64,000 bases of DNA from Paludibacteraceae bacterium (GTDB lineage: Bacteria; Bacteroidota; Bacteroidia; Bacteroidales; Paludibacteraceae). Positions 1 through 10,623 of the stretch are shown piece after piece (positions within the stretch are counted from its first letter, which is position 1; each line of letters opens with the position of its first letter). The stretch covers positions 17,410 through 81,409 of the forward strand of contig JAXJUN010000028.1 of assembly GCA_036309065.1 (NCBI GenBank), in the 5' to 3' direction. A program made the position numbers and the translations under genes. The notes below the pieces were generated by a model. The model made no database searches. It had not been told where the DNA came from and saw only the letters and a program-made list of their open reading frames with translations.

Positions 1-2447
1 ACGCGTACCGCGTTATTCCTGGTGATTATGTCACTACCGAAGATGGTACAGGTATCGTCCATATAGCACCCACTTTCGGTGCGGATGACAAGAAAGTGGC
101 AGACGCCGCTTCTATCCCAGGCATGTACATGCATACCAAGAATCATGGACTGCGACCCATGGTGGACTTCACAGGTAAATACTGGGCAGTGGAGGACTTA
201 GATGAAGCATGGTATGCTGCTAATATGAATGATGAGTGGTACAACCGTTATGCAGGTCGTTATGTGAAGAATGCCTTCGACCCACAATTCACAGCGGATG
301 GACGCTATGACGAAGCAGCAGCCAGCAAAGCAGAGACATTAGACCTACACCTCTGCCTGGAGATGAAAGCAGATGGTCGTCTGCTCAAGAGCGAGAAGCA
401 TGTGCATAACTATCCACACTGCTGGCGTACCGATAAACCTGTGCTTTACTATCCATTAGACTCTTGGTTCATCCGCTCTACTCAAGCACGCGAGCAGATG
501 ATAGCACTCAATAAGACTATCAATTGGCAACCAGAATCCACGGGTACAGGACGCTTCGGTAAATGGTTGGAGAACCTCAACGATTGGAACCTCAGCCGTA
601 GTCGCTACTGGGGTACACCACTCCCTATCTGGCGTACAGAAGATGGCAAGGAGGAGATTTGTATCGGTTCCATTGCCGAACTCTTTGCAGAAATAGATAA
701 ATCCATCGCGGCAGGATTCATGACGGCACATCCATGGCCTAACCACAAGGTGGGCGATTATAGCAAGCCGAACTACGATCCATCCATCATCGACCTACAC
801 CGCCCTTATGTGGATAATATCGTATTGGTTTCACCAAGTGGGCAACCTATGAAGCGCGAGTTGGACCTTATCGATGTGTGGTTCGACTCAGGAGCAATGC
901 CATATGCGCAAAACCACTACCCATTTGAGAATACCCATCTCCCACGCACTGCCGACTTTATCTCCGAAGGTGTGGATCAAACCCGCGGATGGTTCTTCAC
1001 ACTACATGCTATCCATACCATGATAGAAGGAAATGTGGCATACAAGAATGTGATTTCCAATGGTTTGGTGCTCGATAAGAATGGTAATAAGATGTCCAAA
1101 CGCTTAGGCAATGCTGTGGATCCATTCGGGGCATTGGATAAATACGGTGCAGACCCAGTACGCTGGTATATGCTCACCAACTCCAGCCCATGGGAGAACC
1201 TTAAGTTCGACCCTGAAGGAGTGGACGAGGTACGCCGTAAGTTCTTTGGCACATTATACAACACCTACAGCTTCTTCGCACTCTATGCCAATGTGGATGG
1301 ATGGAATCCAGAACAAGGAATAAATCACCAATCACTGCAAGAGATAGATAACTGGGTGTTGAGTAAACTCAATTCGCTTGTCAAAGAGGTAACTGAGGCA
1401 TATGAAACCTATGAACCAACCAAGGCTGGTCGTGCCATCTCTGATTTTGTGCAAGATGACTTATCTAACTGGTATGTGCGCCTCAATCGTAAACGTTTCT
1501 GGGGTGGCGAGATGGATGAGGATAAGCAAGCCGCTTATTACACCCTATACACCTGTCTCAAAACCGTTGCACAACTCATGGCACCGAATGCTCCTTTCTT
1601 CGCTGATCGTATCTATCGCGACCTTACAGGAGAGACTGTCCACCTTAGCCAATGGCCAGTAGTGGACGAAGCGCAGATAGATAGCACTTTAGAGCGCGCT
1701 ATGTTCCTCGCACAACAAGCCACTTCTATCATTCTCAGTCTGCGCAAGCGTGCAGAGAAGAATGTGCGTCAACCCCTGCAGAAAGCTGTTATACCTACGC
1801 CAGATGCAGAAACCAACGAGGCATTACTCCAAGTGGCAGAACTGATTAAGAGCGAAGTGAATATCAAAGAACTGGTTATCGTTCCTGCAGAGCAGTCGGA
1901 GATACAGCTCGTCAAGAAAATCAAACCACAGTTCAAAGTGCTCGGTAAGAAAGTGGGTGGTATGATGAAGCAGCTCGCTGCCGCAATCGCGCAAATGAGT
2001 CAAGAAGAGATCGCCCAAATGGAAAAAGAGGGAGCATTTACCATATCTCTCCCCCTTCAGGGGGAGCCGGAAGGGGCTTACTCTTTAACTGCAGAAGATG
2101 TGGAGATTATCACCGAAGATATGCCAGGATGGTTGGTAAGCAATAATGGTATTCTCACCATCGCATTGGATATCGAATTGACTGACGCACTGATAGAAGA
2201 AGGTATCGCGCGCGAATTAGTGAATCGCATACAAAACCTACGCAAGCAGTCAGGACTTGAAATCACCGATCGTATCACTATCGTGCTTGAAGATGCAGAG
2301 CAAATACACGATGCAGTGCTGCATTGCGGAGAGTATATTCAATCGCAAGTATTGGCCACATCCATCACGCTGACGGATGGACAGAACCTCGAGCATGAAT
2401 TGGAGATGGATGGATACAACCTGCATATCACGATACAAAAAGCATAA
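1..2447 (+). CDS. ileS: isoleucine--tRNA ligase, C-terminal ~815 codons (5' end upstream of window)
   Basis: Frame 3 is open from nt 3 (AYRVIPGDYVTTEDGTGIVHIAPTFGADD...) into listed ORF 96..2447, whose M is a GTG inside the gene. Class-I KMSKS loop (NGNKMSKRLGN) and IleRS-like C-terminal region. Confidence 0.93.
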   Translation, partial: AYRVIPGDYVTTEDGTGIVHIAPTFGADDKKVADAASIPGMYMHTKNHGLRPMVDFTGKYWAVEDLDEAWYAANMNDEWYNRYAGRYVKNAFDPQFTADGRYDEAAASKAETLDLHLCLEMKADGRLLKSEKHVHNYPHCWRTDKPVLYYPLDSWFIRSTQAREQMIALNKTINWQPESTGTGRFGKWLENLNDWNLSRSRYWGTPLPIWRTEDGKEEICIGSIAELFAEIDKSIAAGFMTAHPWPNHKVGDYSKPNYDPSIIDLHRPYVDNIVLVSPSGQPMKRELDLIDVWFDSGAMPYAQNHYPFENTHLPRTADFISEGVDQTRGWFFTLHAIHTMIEGNVAYKNVISNGLVLDKNGNKMSKRLGNAVDPFGALDKYGADPVRWYMLTNSSPWENLKFDPEGVDEVRRKFFGTLYNTYSFFALYANVDGWNPEQGINHQSLQEIDNWVLSKLNSLVKEVTEAYETYEPTKAGRAISDFVQDDLSNWYVRLNRKRFWGGEMDEDKQAAYYTLYTCLKTVAQLMAPNAPFFADRIYRDLTGETVHLSQWPVVDEAQIDSTLERAMFLAQQATSIILSLRKRAEKNVRQPLQKAVIPTPDAETNEALLQVAELIKSEVNIKELVIVPAEQSEIQLVKKIKPQFKVLGKKVGGMMKQLAAAIAQMSQEEIAQMEKEGAFTISLPLQGEPEGAYSLTAEDVEIITEDMPGWLVSNNGILTIALDIELTDALIEEGIARELVNRIQNLRKQSGLEITDRITIVLEDAEQIHDAVLHCGEYIQSQVLATSITLTDGQNLEHELEMDGYNLHITIQKA

Positions 2448-2450
2448 ATA

Positions 2451-2885
2451 ATGAAAAAACATATCATCTTTATCTTATCTATCCTTGCTTGCGCTTTCAC
2501 CTCTTGTATCAATTGGGGGAATGTAGACCCAGAACCATCATTCCAATTGAGTGCCTTGCAGGGTCTGTGGCAAGAAGATAACACCCAGCACTATGTGCGG
2601 TTTACCACCGAGCAGTCGGACGAGGCAGGTTATCTCTATGGCTGCGAATGGGATGAAGCGGAGGATGTTCGCGAGGAAGATTTATTGACTCATGGCAATG
2701 GATGGTTTAAATACCTCTTCGAAACAAATGGACAGTTAACCGAGATACATCTCATGGATAACGGCGGGGCTGATGTTCCTAAGGTGTATGTTGTTTCCCT
2801 ATTGACCGATACACGATTAGAGTATTACGAAAAAGAATATCCTGCTTTTAAGTACTATTTCAATAAGGTAGTAGCCGCTGAATGA
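2451..2885 (+). CDS. small lipoprotein of unknown function (possibly lipocalin-like)
   Basis: ATG lies 4 nt after the ileS stop. Lipoprotein signal MKKHIIFILSILACAFTSC. No catalytic motif recognised. Confidence 0.55.
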   Translation: MKKHIIFILSILACAFTSCINWGNVDPEPSFQLSALQGLWQEDNTQHYVRFTTEQSDEAGYLYGCEWDEAEDVREEDLLTHGNGWFKYLFETNGQLTEIHLMDNGGADVPKVYVVSLLTDTRLEYYEKEYPAFKYYFNKVVAAE

Positions 2886-5644
2886 AAAAAATCTGGAAGG
2901 TCATAGCATGGACGCTTGTGAGTGTGGTGATGATGGTATTACTCGTCATCACCACGGCTTGCTATCTCATCTTCACTCCAGAGCGTTTAACACCTATCGT
3001 TCAACAAGTAGCAACTAAATTCGTCACTTGCGAACATGAGATAGGAGAGGTAGAACTCACATTCTTCTCCACTTTCCCTTATTTGGGTGTGGAAATACAC
3101 GATGTATCACTCATTCATCCTATTGATAGTTTAGCGCCAGATACCTTGGCGGCGGTAGAAAAAATACTGCTATCGGTGCAACCCTTTGACGCTATTGGCG
3201 GAGATATATTTATTAAGCAACTTGCCGTAGAAGGCATCACGGCGAATATATATGTATCAGCCGATGGTAGAACCAACTATGATATAATCGCGCTGAGTGA
3301 TACTACCGAAGTAGTGGAGGATACTACGACGGGTTGGCGAATACAATCTATAGGGTGGGACGAGGATATGACTATCCATGCCCGAAGCATATCGTATAGA
3401 GATGATAAAAATCAAATAGCAGCCTCCTTGCATCATACCACCATCGCGTTGGCAGGAGTGGAGAAAGATACATTGTTAGGAGTGGTATTAGATGTAAAGG
3501 CAGAGCAAATAGATGTCTGCGCACAAGGAGAACAATATGCTCATCATTGTCAGTTCCAATTGCATTTACCCCTGTGGGCTAATAGTGCGGAGCAGATAAG
3601 AATAGATAATGCTATTTGTGCTTTGAATGAGTATGGGATAACGATAGATGGAGAGGTAGGTACACCATGTTTATCTTCTGGAGAATATAGGATGGATTTG
3701 CGTTTGACGACCGACGATTGGCAAGTACAACCGCTCTTAGCATTACTGCCTACTTCCATTACCTCTTCGCTCAAAGAGATAAAAATAGATGGTAAAGCGA
3801 AAGCGGATATAGCAGTCCAAGGTGTATATAACGAATCCCAAATGCCGCATCTGAAGGCACGACTATTGTTGCAAAAAGGTAGTGCGCGCTATCAACCACT
3901 GCCTTATGACTTGCATCATATCACACTCGATGCCACCGCTGATATAGACCTCAATGCTAAACAACCATCTAAAGTGGTGATACATCATTTGTCTGCCAAA
4001 ACAAAAGAGAGTCAGTTGAAGGCCAAAGGAACGGTGAATGACCTATTGGGAAAGATGCAGATAGATGTGCAAATGGATGTAGATGCACACTTAACGGACT
4101 GGACCTATTTCTTGCCTGACTCTATGCTGCTCACTGGAAATACAAAAGGAACAGTCAATGCCACAATTGGTTTGGATGACTTGCTGAATATGCGCATAGA
4201 GAAGGGTGTGTTTACTGCCGATGTAGATTTGATAGATATTCACTATGCACAAGATTCATTAGAGGTGGATTTGCCTATGGCGAATGCCAAACTGCAAATT
4301 CCGAATCAATCATCTCATAAGCGTCGTGCTAATCGTTCTTCTTTGTCTGCTGCAATAGAGTTGAATGCACAGCAAGCATATATGTCCATGGTGGACGAGA
4401 TGGAGGTGAGTGCACAGCAACTTTATCTAACCGCCTCGGCTGCTTATAACAAGAAGGGTGAAAATATCTTACAGCAATGGAATCCACGCCTCGTTGTAGA
4501 TATAAAGCAAGGCGAATTGAATCTACCAAATCGTTTGCCAGTGAAAGTGTATATACCTTCTATTGATTTTAGTTATTCGAATAGGAAAATGGCTATCCAA
4601 GAGGCAGAAGTAGTCATGGGTAGATCTGATTTGAGTCTCAAAGGAGAGATTCGTAATATAGGTCGATGGTTGCGCCACAAGGCAGTGCTCGAAGGACAAT
4701 TAGATATCACAAGCACTCACTGCGATGCTAATCAATTATTGGAATGGTTCTCGGCAGAAAGTGGGGCAGAAGAACAAGAACAAGTGGCTTTAGAACCAAT
4801 ACCAGAGCAGAAGGATACTACGATGACACCATTCTTAGTTCCTACAGATGTGAACTTGGCTTTGAATACGCATATACAGGAAGTGGAAGTATTCAATCAA
4901 GTAGCGAAGGACCTCAAGGGCGGAATATATATCAATGATGGCACAGTGGTGTTGGATGAGGTGGGTTTTGTCTGCCGTGCTGCTAAACTACAACTCACAG
5001 CGATGTATCGCACACCGCGTGCTAACCATTTATATGTGGGTTTGGACTATCATATGATAGATGTGGATATTGATGAATTATTATCCATCATACCCGAAGT
5101 AGAGCAGATGGTACCGATGTTGAGTAGTTTCAAAGGACAAGCAGAGTTCCATCTTGCGGCGGAGACATACCTCAATAGTCAATACCAACCCAAGATGAGT
5201 ACACTGCGTGGCGCTGCTTCGCTGACAGGAAAAGACTTAGTGGTATTGGATGGAGAAACCTTCTCTACTATCAGCAAACTCCTGCTCTTTAGTAAAAAGA
5301 CAGAGAATAAGATAGACTCTATCAATGCCGAAATGACTATCTATAAGAATCAGATTGATCTTTACCCGCTTTGTGTACAGATGGATAATTATATGGTGGC
5401 ACTTGGTGGACGACACAATACCAATATGACTTTTAATTATGATATCAATGTGCTCAAACCCAACTATTTAGGTGTGAATGTGAGTGGCACAATGGATGAT
5501 TTGAAGATTAAATTGGCAAAATGTAAGTTCGCAGAGGATTTCCGTCCGCATTGGTACCAAAAAGTGGATACGCAATCCTTAGAATTACGCCAACGCATTA
5601 AGCAGTCTATGGAGCGCAATGTACGCATACAATCTACAAAATAA
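2882..5644 (+). CDS. AsmA-family (AsmA/TamB-like) envelope protein
   Basis: ATGA start/stop overlap with the preceding ORF. Single N-terminal TM helix followed by ~890 aa of beta-rich sequence. N-terminal region resembles AsmA-family proteins. Assigned by resemblance only. Confidence 0.55.
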   Translation: MKKIWKVIAWTLVSVVMMVLLVITTACYLIFTPERLTPIVQQVATKFVTCEHEIGEVELTFFSTFPYLGVEIHDVSLIHPIDSLAPDTLAAVEKILLSVQPFDAIGGDIFIKQLAVEGITANIYVSADGRTNYDIIALSDTTEVVEDTTTGWRIQSIGWDEDMTIHARSISYRDDKNQIAASLHHTTIALAGVEKDTLLGVVLDVKAEQIDVCAQGEQYAHHCQFQLHLPLWANSAEQIRIDNAICALNEYGITIDGEVGTPCLSSGEYRMDLRLTTDDWQVQPLLALLPTSITSSLKEIKIDGKAKADIAVQGVYNESQMPHLKARLLLQKGSARYQPLPYDLHHITLDATADIDLNAKQPSKVVIHHLSAKTKESQLKAKGTVNDLLGKMQIDVQMDVDAHLTDWTYFLPDSMLLTGNTKGTVNATIGLDDLLNMRIEKGVFTADVDLIDIHYAQDSLEVDLPMANAKLQIPNQSSHKRRANRSSLSAAIELNAQQAYMSMVDEMEVSAQQLYLTASAAYNKKGENILQQWNPRLVVDIKQGELNLPNRLPVKVYIPSIDFSYSNRKMAIQEAEVVMGRSDLSLKGEIRNIGRWLRHKAVLEGQLDITSTHCDANQLLEWFSAESGAEEQEQVALEPIPEQKDTTMTPFLVPTDVNLALNTHIQEVEVFNQVAKDLKGGIYINDGTVVLDEVGFVCRAAKLQLTAMYRTPRANHLYVGLDYHMIDVDIDELLSIIPEVEQMVPMLSSFKGQAEFHLAAETYLNSQYQPKMSTLRGAASLTGKDLVVLDGETFSTISKLLLFSKKTENKIDSINAEMTIYKNQIDLYPLCVQMDNYMVALGGRHNTNMTFNYDINVLKPNYLGVNVSGTMDDLKIKLAKCKFAEDFRPHWYQKVDTQSLELRQRIKQSMERNVRIQSTK

Positions 5645-5656
5645 ATAGTAATAACA

Positions 5657-7750
5657 ATGAAAAAAACATTTTTTTTATCAGCCATCGCTATGACTTTATT
5701 AGCATGCAATTCATCCAACCCGCTGTTGGATGCGCCAGAGACACCATATGGTGTTCCTGCTTTTGACCAAGTGAAAATAGAGCATTACATGCCTGCTTTC
5801 GAAGCTGCTATCACTGAGCAGAAAGCGGAGATTGATGCTATAGTGAATAATCAAGCCGAACCTACATTCGATAATACCATCGTGGCACTCGATCGCACAG
5901 GTATGCTCTTGGAACGCGTATCGGGTGTATTCTTTAATGTGCTCGAGGCAGACGGTAATGATGAGATGAATGCTATTGCAGAGCAAGTGTCTCCATTACT
6001 GAGCGAACTGAGTGATGGTATCATCCTCAATGAGCAACTCTTCCAACGCGTGAAAACTGTGTATGACCAGCGTGAGCAATTAGGGCTGAATGCTGAGCAA
6101 ATGCGTTTGGTGACAGAGACCTATAAGATGTTCGCTGATAATGGTGCTAACTTGCCAGCCGATAAGAAAGAGCGCCTCAAAGAGATTAATAAGGAATTAG
6201 GACTTCTCTCTTTGCAGTTTGGTAATAATGTGGTAGCAGAGACGAATGCGTATCAGTATTTTGTTAAGGATGAAGCAGAGTTAAAGGGATTGCCCGAGTC
6301 TGCTAAGGCGGCAGCCGCAGAAGAGGCAACTGCTGCAGGACACGCAGGCGAATGGCTCTTCACTCCTAAACGCACATCATTCACCCCTGTATTGCAATAC
6401 TGCGAGAATCGTGAGTTGCGCAAAGAACTGCTCATGGCATATACTACTCGTGCCAACCATGATAACGACAATGATAATAAATCTATCATCGTGCGTGAGA
6501 TGGAATTGCGCATAGAGAAAGCAAAGATGTTTGGTTATGACAACCCTGCCGATTATATCTTGGCAGACTGCATGGCAAAGAACCATCAGACGGTGGACGC
6601 TTTCTTGCAATCCGTATGGCAACCATCCTTAGAGGCTGCTAAACGCGAGGCAGCTGCATTACAAGAGTTGTTAGAACAAGATATGCCGGGAGAAAAACTA
6701 CAACCATGGGATTGGTGGTTCTATGCAGAGAAACTCCGCAAGGCAAAATATGCTCTGGATGAGGAAGAACTCAAACCTTATTTTGAACTCAATAATGTAC
6801 GCAGCGGTGCATTTGGTGTGGCTACCAAACTATATGGTTTGCAGTTTGAGCAATTACAAGATATGCCTGTGTATAATGAGGAGGTAGAGGTGTTTAAAGT
6901 AACCTACGCGGATGGTTCGTTAGTGGGTATATTATATACCGATTATTTCCCACGCGCAGGCAAGCGCCCAGGCGCATGGATGAATAATATTGTATCGCAA
7001 TATGTGGATGAAGAGGGTATTGACCATCGTCCTGTAATCATCAATGTGGGTAATTTCAATAAACCTACAGCAGGTAATCCTTCTTTATTATCTATGGATG
7101 ATGTGGAGACACTCTTCCATGAGTTTGGTCATGCATTGCATGGACTGATGAGTAAGGCTACTTATAAGAGTTTGAGCGGAACCAATACTCCTCGTGATTT
7201 CGTGGAACTACCAAGCCAGTTTATGGAAAACTACTGCTATCAACCAGAAGTGCTCAAGACCTATGCATTCCACTATCAAACAGGCGAGGTGATTCCTGAT
7301 AGTCTGATTGCGAAATTGAATAAAGCATCTAAATTCAATCAGGGATTTGTGCAGACGGAATTGCTCAGCGCTTCTATCTTGGACATGGATTTCCATAAAT
7401 TAACTATCGCAGACGGATTAGATGTGAATGCTTTTGAGGCAGAGAGTATGGAGAAGATGGGTATGATACCAGAGATTATTGTTCGTTACCGTCCTACTTT
7501 CTATAACCATATTTTTACAACGGGTTATGCGGCTGGTTATTACAGCTACACATGGTCTGCCGTGCTGGATAGTGATGCCTTTGCAGCTTTTGTGGAGACA
7601 GGAGATATTTTCGATACTGCTACAGCAGCGCGTATGCGTCGTCTTTTGGAGCAAGGAGGCACCAAGGATGCACAGGAGTTATATTTTGAATTTCGGGGGG
7701 CGGAGGCAGATCCGCAGCACTTATTGCGTAAAAAAGGATTTATTGAATAA
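5657..7750 (+). CDS. dcp: M3-family zinc metallopeptidase, peptidyl-dipeptidase Dcp-like
   Basis: Lipoprotein-type signal (TLLACNSS). HEXXH zinc motif (TLFHEFGHALHG). Colinear with the oligopeptidase A/Dcp family. Confidence 0.85.
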   Translation: MKKTFFLSAIAMTLLACNSSNPLLDAPETPYGVPAFDQVKIEHYMPAFEAAITEQKAEIDAIVNNQAEPTFDNTIVALDRTGMLLERVSGVFFNVLEADGNDEMNAIAEQVSPLLSELSDGIILNEQLFQRVKTVYDQREQLGLNAEQMRLVTETYKMFADNGANLPADKKERLKEINKELGLLSLQFGNNVVAETNAYQYFVKDEAELKGLPESAKAAAAEEATAAGHAGEWLFTPKRTSFTPVLQYCENRELRKELLMAYTTRANHDNDNDNKSIIVREMELRIEKAKMFGYDNPADYILADCMAKNHQTVDAFLQSVWQPSLEAAKREAAALQELLEQDMPGEKLQPWDWWFYAEKLRKAKYALDEEELKPYFELNNVRSGAFGVATKLYGLQFEQLQDMPVYNEEVEVFKVTYADGSLVGILYTDYFPRAGKRPGAWMNNIVSQYVDEEGIDHRPVIINVGNFNKPTAGNPSLLSMDDVETLFHEFGHALHGLMSKATYKSLSGTNTPRDFVELPSQFMENYCYQPEVLKTYAFHYQTGEVIPDSLIAKLNKASKFNQGFVQTELLSASILDMDFHKLTIADGLDVNAFEAESMEKMGMIPEIIVRYRPTFYNHIFTTGYAAGYYSYTWSAVLDSDAFAAFVETGDIFDTATAARMRRLLEQGGTKDAQELYFEFRGAEADPQHLLRKKGFIE

Positions 7751-7752
7751 AC

Positions 7753-8256
7753 ATGTATCTTCACACGCGTAATATACTATACCACCTATTGCCCGTAGTC
7801 TTTTGGCTATTGGCAATAGGGGTATGTGTATTGTATAAGATATATTTTGCTTCTTCTTGGCTGCAGTTCATCCCTGCCATCGTGGGTGTGTTAGTATGGT
7901 GCATCATAGCGCGCATCAAGCGTTATTCATCAGGGGTGGAGCAATGCTTCCAAGTGGGATTGTTGATAGCTGTGGCTTCGTATTGGCTGCCTACAATAGT
8001 GTTTTTGTGCATCCCTGTTTGGATATATTTGGTGTATAAGCACTATTTTTCTTTTCGCTTAGTATGCGCCACTTTGTTGGGTGGTGCTGTGGTGGCTATC
8101 TATGCATCGATAGCCATAGGGTTGGGTTGGCTGAATACTATTCCGTGGTTGCGTTTCTTCGCAGCAGACCTCGCCCATGGGTGGCTACCCACAGGCGCAG
8201 TCTTGCTGGCGTGTCTATTCTCTACCATCGCACGACGAAACCTGCGTGAGCGTTGA
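7753..8256 (+). CDS. polytopic membrane protein, unknown function
   Basis: ATG lies 3 nt after the dcp stop. About 5 hydrophobic helices. No family recognised. The 3' end overlaps the convergent receptor gene by 35 nt. Confidence 0.45.
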   Translation: MYLHTRNILYHLLPVVFWLLAIGVCVLYKIYFASSWLQFIPAIVGVLVWCIIARIKRYSSGVEQCFQVGLLIAVASYWLPTIVFLCIPVWIYLVYKHYFSFRLVCATLLGGAVVAIYASIAIGLGWLNTIPWLRFFAADLAHGWLPTGAVLLACLFSTIARRNLRER

Positions 8257-10522
8257 TGCCTGCTTGGGCAAAGTACCAAGTACAACGGCTGCCATCTGCA
8301 AAGCGACTGGCGTCTGCACCACCATTATTCGCATATTTAGCATCAAAGAGATTATTTATCTGGCATAGCAACTTGATTTCTGGCTTCCCTATCGGAAGGG
8401 TGTATTCGAGGTGTAGATTAGTGGTGGAGTAGGCGCGGAGCATAGCATTCTCATCCATTGTATTATCTAAGTACTGCTTGCTCACCACATTCGTTTGTAT
8501 TGTGGCGATGAATCCCGCGTAGTCAAAAGTGAAGAGTGACATCGCTGTGATAGTAGGAGAAAAAGCAATCGTCACATCACCAATAATACTATCTGTTCCT
8601 ATCCAATTCCAATCGGATTGATTGTCGTATAAATCCAATATCTGGTGGTAGTTTTGTATCTTATTACGGCTCGCCACAATATTTCCTTCCCATCGCATCC
8701 AATCGGTAATACGCACACCTGCGCTCACTTCTACACCCATGCGATAGGAATCCTTCACATTGGTTGTTTTCATCGCGCCTACATCGTTGTACTCGCCAGT
8801 GAGTACTAATTGGTTGTCGTAGTCCATGAAATAGCAATTGGCGCCTATATGGAAGCGCGAATGTTGGTATTGGTATCCTAATTCATAGTCATATAATCGC
8901 TCTGCCTTAGGCAGCCCTGTCCATGTCTGTGTTTGGCTATCAAAGCGGGTGTTCTCTTTGTAATTATTACGGCTGGGTTCTCTATTGGCGATAGCAAAAG
9001 AGGCAGAGAGCAAATGACCTCTATTGTGGTAAGTGATACCTGCCTTTGGGTTGAAAAAATGATAGTTCACCGTAAGAGGCAGATTCTCCATATTCTCGTC
9101 ATTGAGTCCCGTACGATGGTAGCGCACATAGCGGTATTGCATATCGGCATAGAGCGATAATTGCTCTTGGGCTTTGTGGATGATACGCCAGTTGGCCTTG
9201 GCATATATATTCGCATCTATCTTATTGGCATCATTGCGATAATACTCATAATGGATAGGTAATGCTTCATGCGTGGGGGTAGCCAAGTAATCCAATATAC
9301 CCCAGTGAGCACCTATATAGTCGTTGGCGGCGCAACCTATCTGTGCATCCACTGCTTCGGATAGATACTTAGCCGATACCACAGCGCCGAAGAAATGATT
9401 ATTTAGGTGTTTTTGATACATGCCGTATGATTTACCCGATGCATCTAATCCCCAATACGAATATGATTTTTTCTTGTATTGCTCATAATATCCTGCACCA
9501 TGAGTATAGTGTAGAGTAGTGGATAAGCACCATTGGGGATTAAAAGCATGATGGATGGATAATTGTGCGTGTTGCTGTGCGTAGTTATCTGTTTGATTGG
9601 GATAATAGACGGTAGAGTCATTCCCTTGGCTATCCGTCATGGTGTATTCGCCAGCGGGGTTATAGCGCCTATCTGCGCCATTCAAACCATAGGCAGTGTT
9701 GTAATCTACACCGTCCCAACCCATACCTGTCTTCTCGCTGCCACCAAAGAGTCGCGCAATCACTTGTGTCTTATCTCCATACCATCCCATATCGCCATAA
9801 TAACTATATAGGTCACTACCAGTGCGGTATAGAAATCCATCGGAGTTCACCTTGGAGAAACGAGCATTCGCCTTCCAGCGATGGTCGGGCAAAACGATAT
9901 GCGTATTGATCATCTCGCGGAAAGTGTTATACATACCGCCATTGAATGCCAATTCCACATGGCTCCTGTCTGCCTCTGTTCTGCTCTTACCACCATCCGT
10001 TGTTTTCATATTGAGCGAACCGCCAAAAGAAGCACCACCATTCGTGCTCGTTCCTACACCTCGCTGTATAGCTATCTCATGCATGGAACTGGCCATATCG
10101 GTCATATTCACCCAGAATACCGTTTGACTCTCAGAGTCATTCAAGGGCACATCATTCACCGTCATGTTGATACGCGTGTGGTCGGTGCCACGCAGACGGA
10201 AATAGGTATATCCAATACCTAATCCATCGTCTGATGTCACCTGTAGTCCTGGGGTTTGGGATAGCAGATAAGGGAGGTTCTGTCCCGTGTTAGACTGGTT
10301 GAGTTCCTCCTGCGTGACACTCGTTTGTGAGAGCGTCTCTTGCTGTACGCGCTTGGCAGTAATCTCTATCTCTGCCAATTGTGCCACTACAGTGAGTGTG
10401 TCTGTGTTGTTAGTTACTTGAGCGTGAAGATAAACGCTCGATAGAAGGGAGCAACCTAATAGTGCTCCACAAGCAGCATAGTACCTTGTACCATGCATGC
10501 GCATAGAAATGTTTGTTTTCAT
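8222..10522 (-). CDS. TonB-dependent outer-membrane receptor under TPP-riboswitch control (putative thiamine/thiamine-precursor uptake)
   Basis: Signal peptide (MKTNISMRMHGTRYYAACGALLGCSLLSSVYLHAQ). Plug region (QNLPYLLSQTPGLQVTSDDGLGIGYTYFRLRGTDHTRINMTVNDVPLND). Long beta-barrel ending in an aromatic residue (FVVRW). Start moved from ORF-track 10582 to ATG 10522 because the first 20 listed codons are the riboswitch aptamer. Confidence 0.85.
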   Translation of the reverse strand: MKTNISMRMHGTRYYAACGALLGCSLLSSVYLHAQVTNNTDTLTVVAQLAEIEITAKRVQQETLSQTSVTQEELNQSNTGQNLPYLLSQTPGLQVTSDDGLGIGYTYFRLRGTDHTRINMTVNDVPLNDSESQTVFWVNMTDMASSMHEIAIQRGVGTSTNGGASFGGSLNMKTTDGGKSRTEADRSHVELAFNGGMYNTFREMINTHIVLPDHRWKANARFSKVNSDGFLYRTGSDLYSYYGDMGWYGDKTQVIARLFGGSEKTGMGWDGVDYNTAYGLNGADRRYNPAGEYTMTDSQGNDSTVYYPNQTDNYAQQHAQLSIHHAFNPQWCLSTTLHYTHGAGYYEQYKKKSYSYWGLDASGKSYGMYQKHLNNHFFGAVVSAKYLSEAVDAQIGCAANDYIGAHWGILDYLATPTHEALPIHYEYYRNDANKIDANIYAKANWRIIHKAQEQLSLYADMQYRYVRYHRTGLNDENMENLPLTVNYHFFNPKAGITYHNRGHLLSASFAIANREPSRNNYKENTRFDSQTQTWTGLPKAERLYDYELGYQYQHSRFHIGANCYFMDYDNQLVLTGEYNDVGAMKTTNVKDSYRMGVEVSAGVRITDWMRWEGNIVASRNKIQNYHQILDLYDNQSDWNWIGTDSIIGDVTIAFSPTITAMSLFTFDYAGFIATIQTNVVSKQYLDNTMDENAMLRAYSTTNLHLEYTLPIGKPEIKLLCQINNLFDAKYANNGGADASRFADGSRCTWYFAQAGINAHAGFVVRW

Positions 10523-10593
10523 TTTCCTTAGCAGCATTACCTGCCCAGGTTCAACGGGTGTGTATCTCAGCCGATTAGGCACCCCGAATGAAA
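10517..10593 (-). promoter_or_regulatory. TPP (THI-box) riboswitch
   Basis: Minus strand reads UUUCAUU c GGGGUGC cuaaucgg CUGAGA uacac ACCC guu GAACCUG ggc AGGUAAUGCUGC u AAGGA a AAUGAAA. The conserved THI-box blocks are present in the canonical order. The P1 3' arm contains the receptor AUG. Confidence 0.85.
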
Positions 10594-10623
10594 CCCAGTG
10601 TTATGTATTTAGAGTCTTAAAAC

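Noticed and set aside
2049-2066. Perfect GC-rich hairpin CTCCCCC-TTCA-GGGGGAG inside ileS coding sequence
   Set aside because: A single 7-bp stem is expected a few times by chance in 64 kb. It is in frame, has no T-run and no repeated copies in the window.
8222-8256. 35-nt convergent overlap between the membrane-protein gene and the receptor gene as a possible antisense regulatory arrangement
   Set aside because: Both ends look like ordinary C-termini. Small convergent overlaps are common, and nothing else in the sequence points to regulation.
10523-10582. First 20 codons of ORF-track entry 8222..10582 (MPNRLRYTPVEPGQVMLLRK)
   Set aside because: This stretch is the TPP riboswitch aptamer read as protein. 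The signal peptide begins at the internal ATG 10522.
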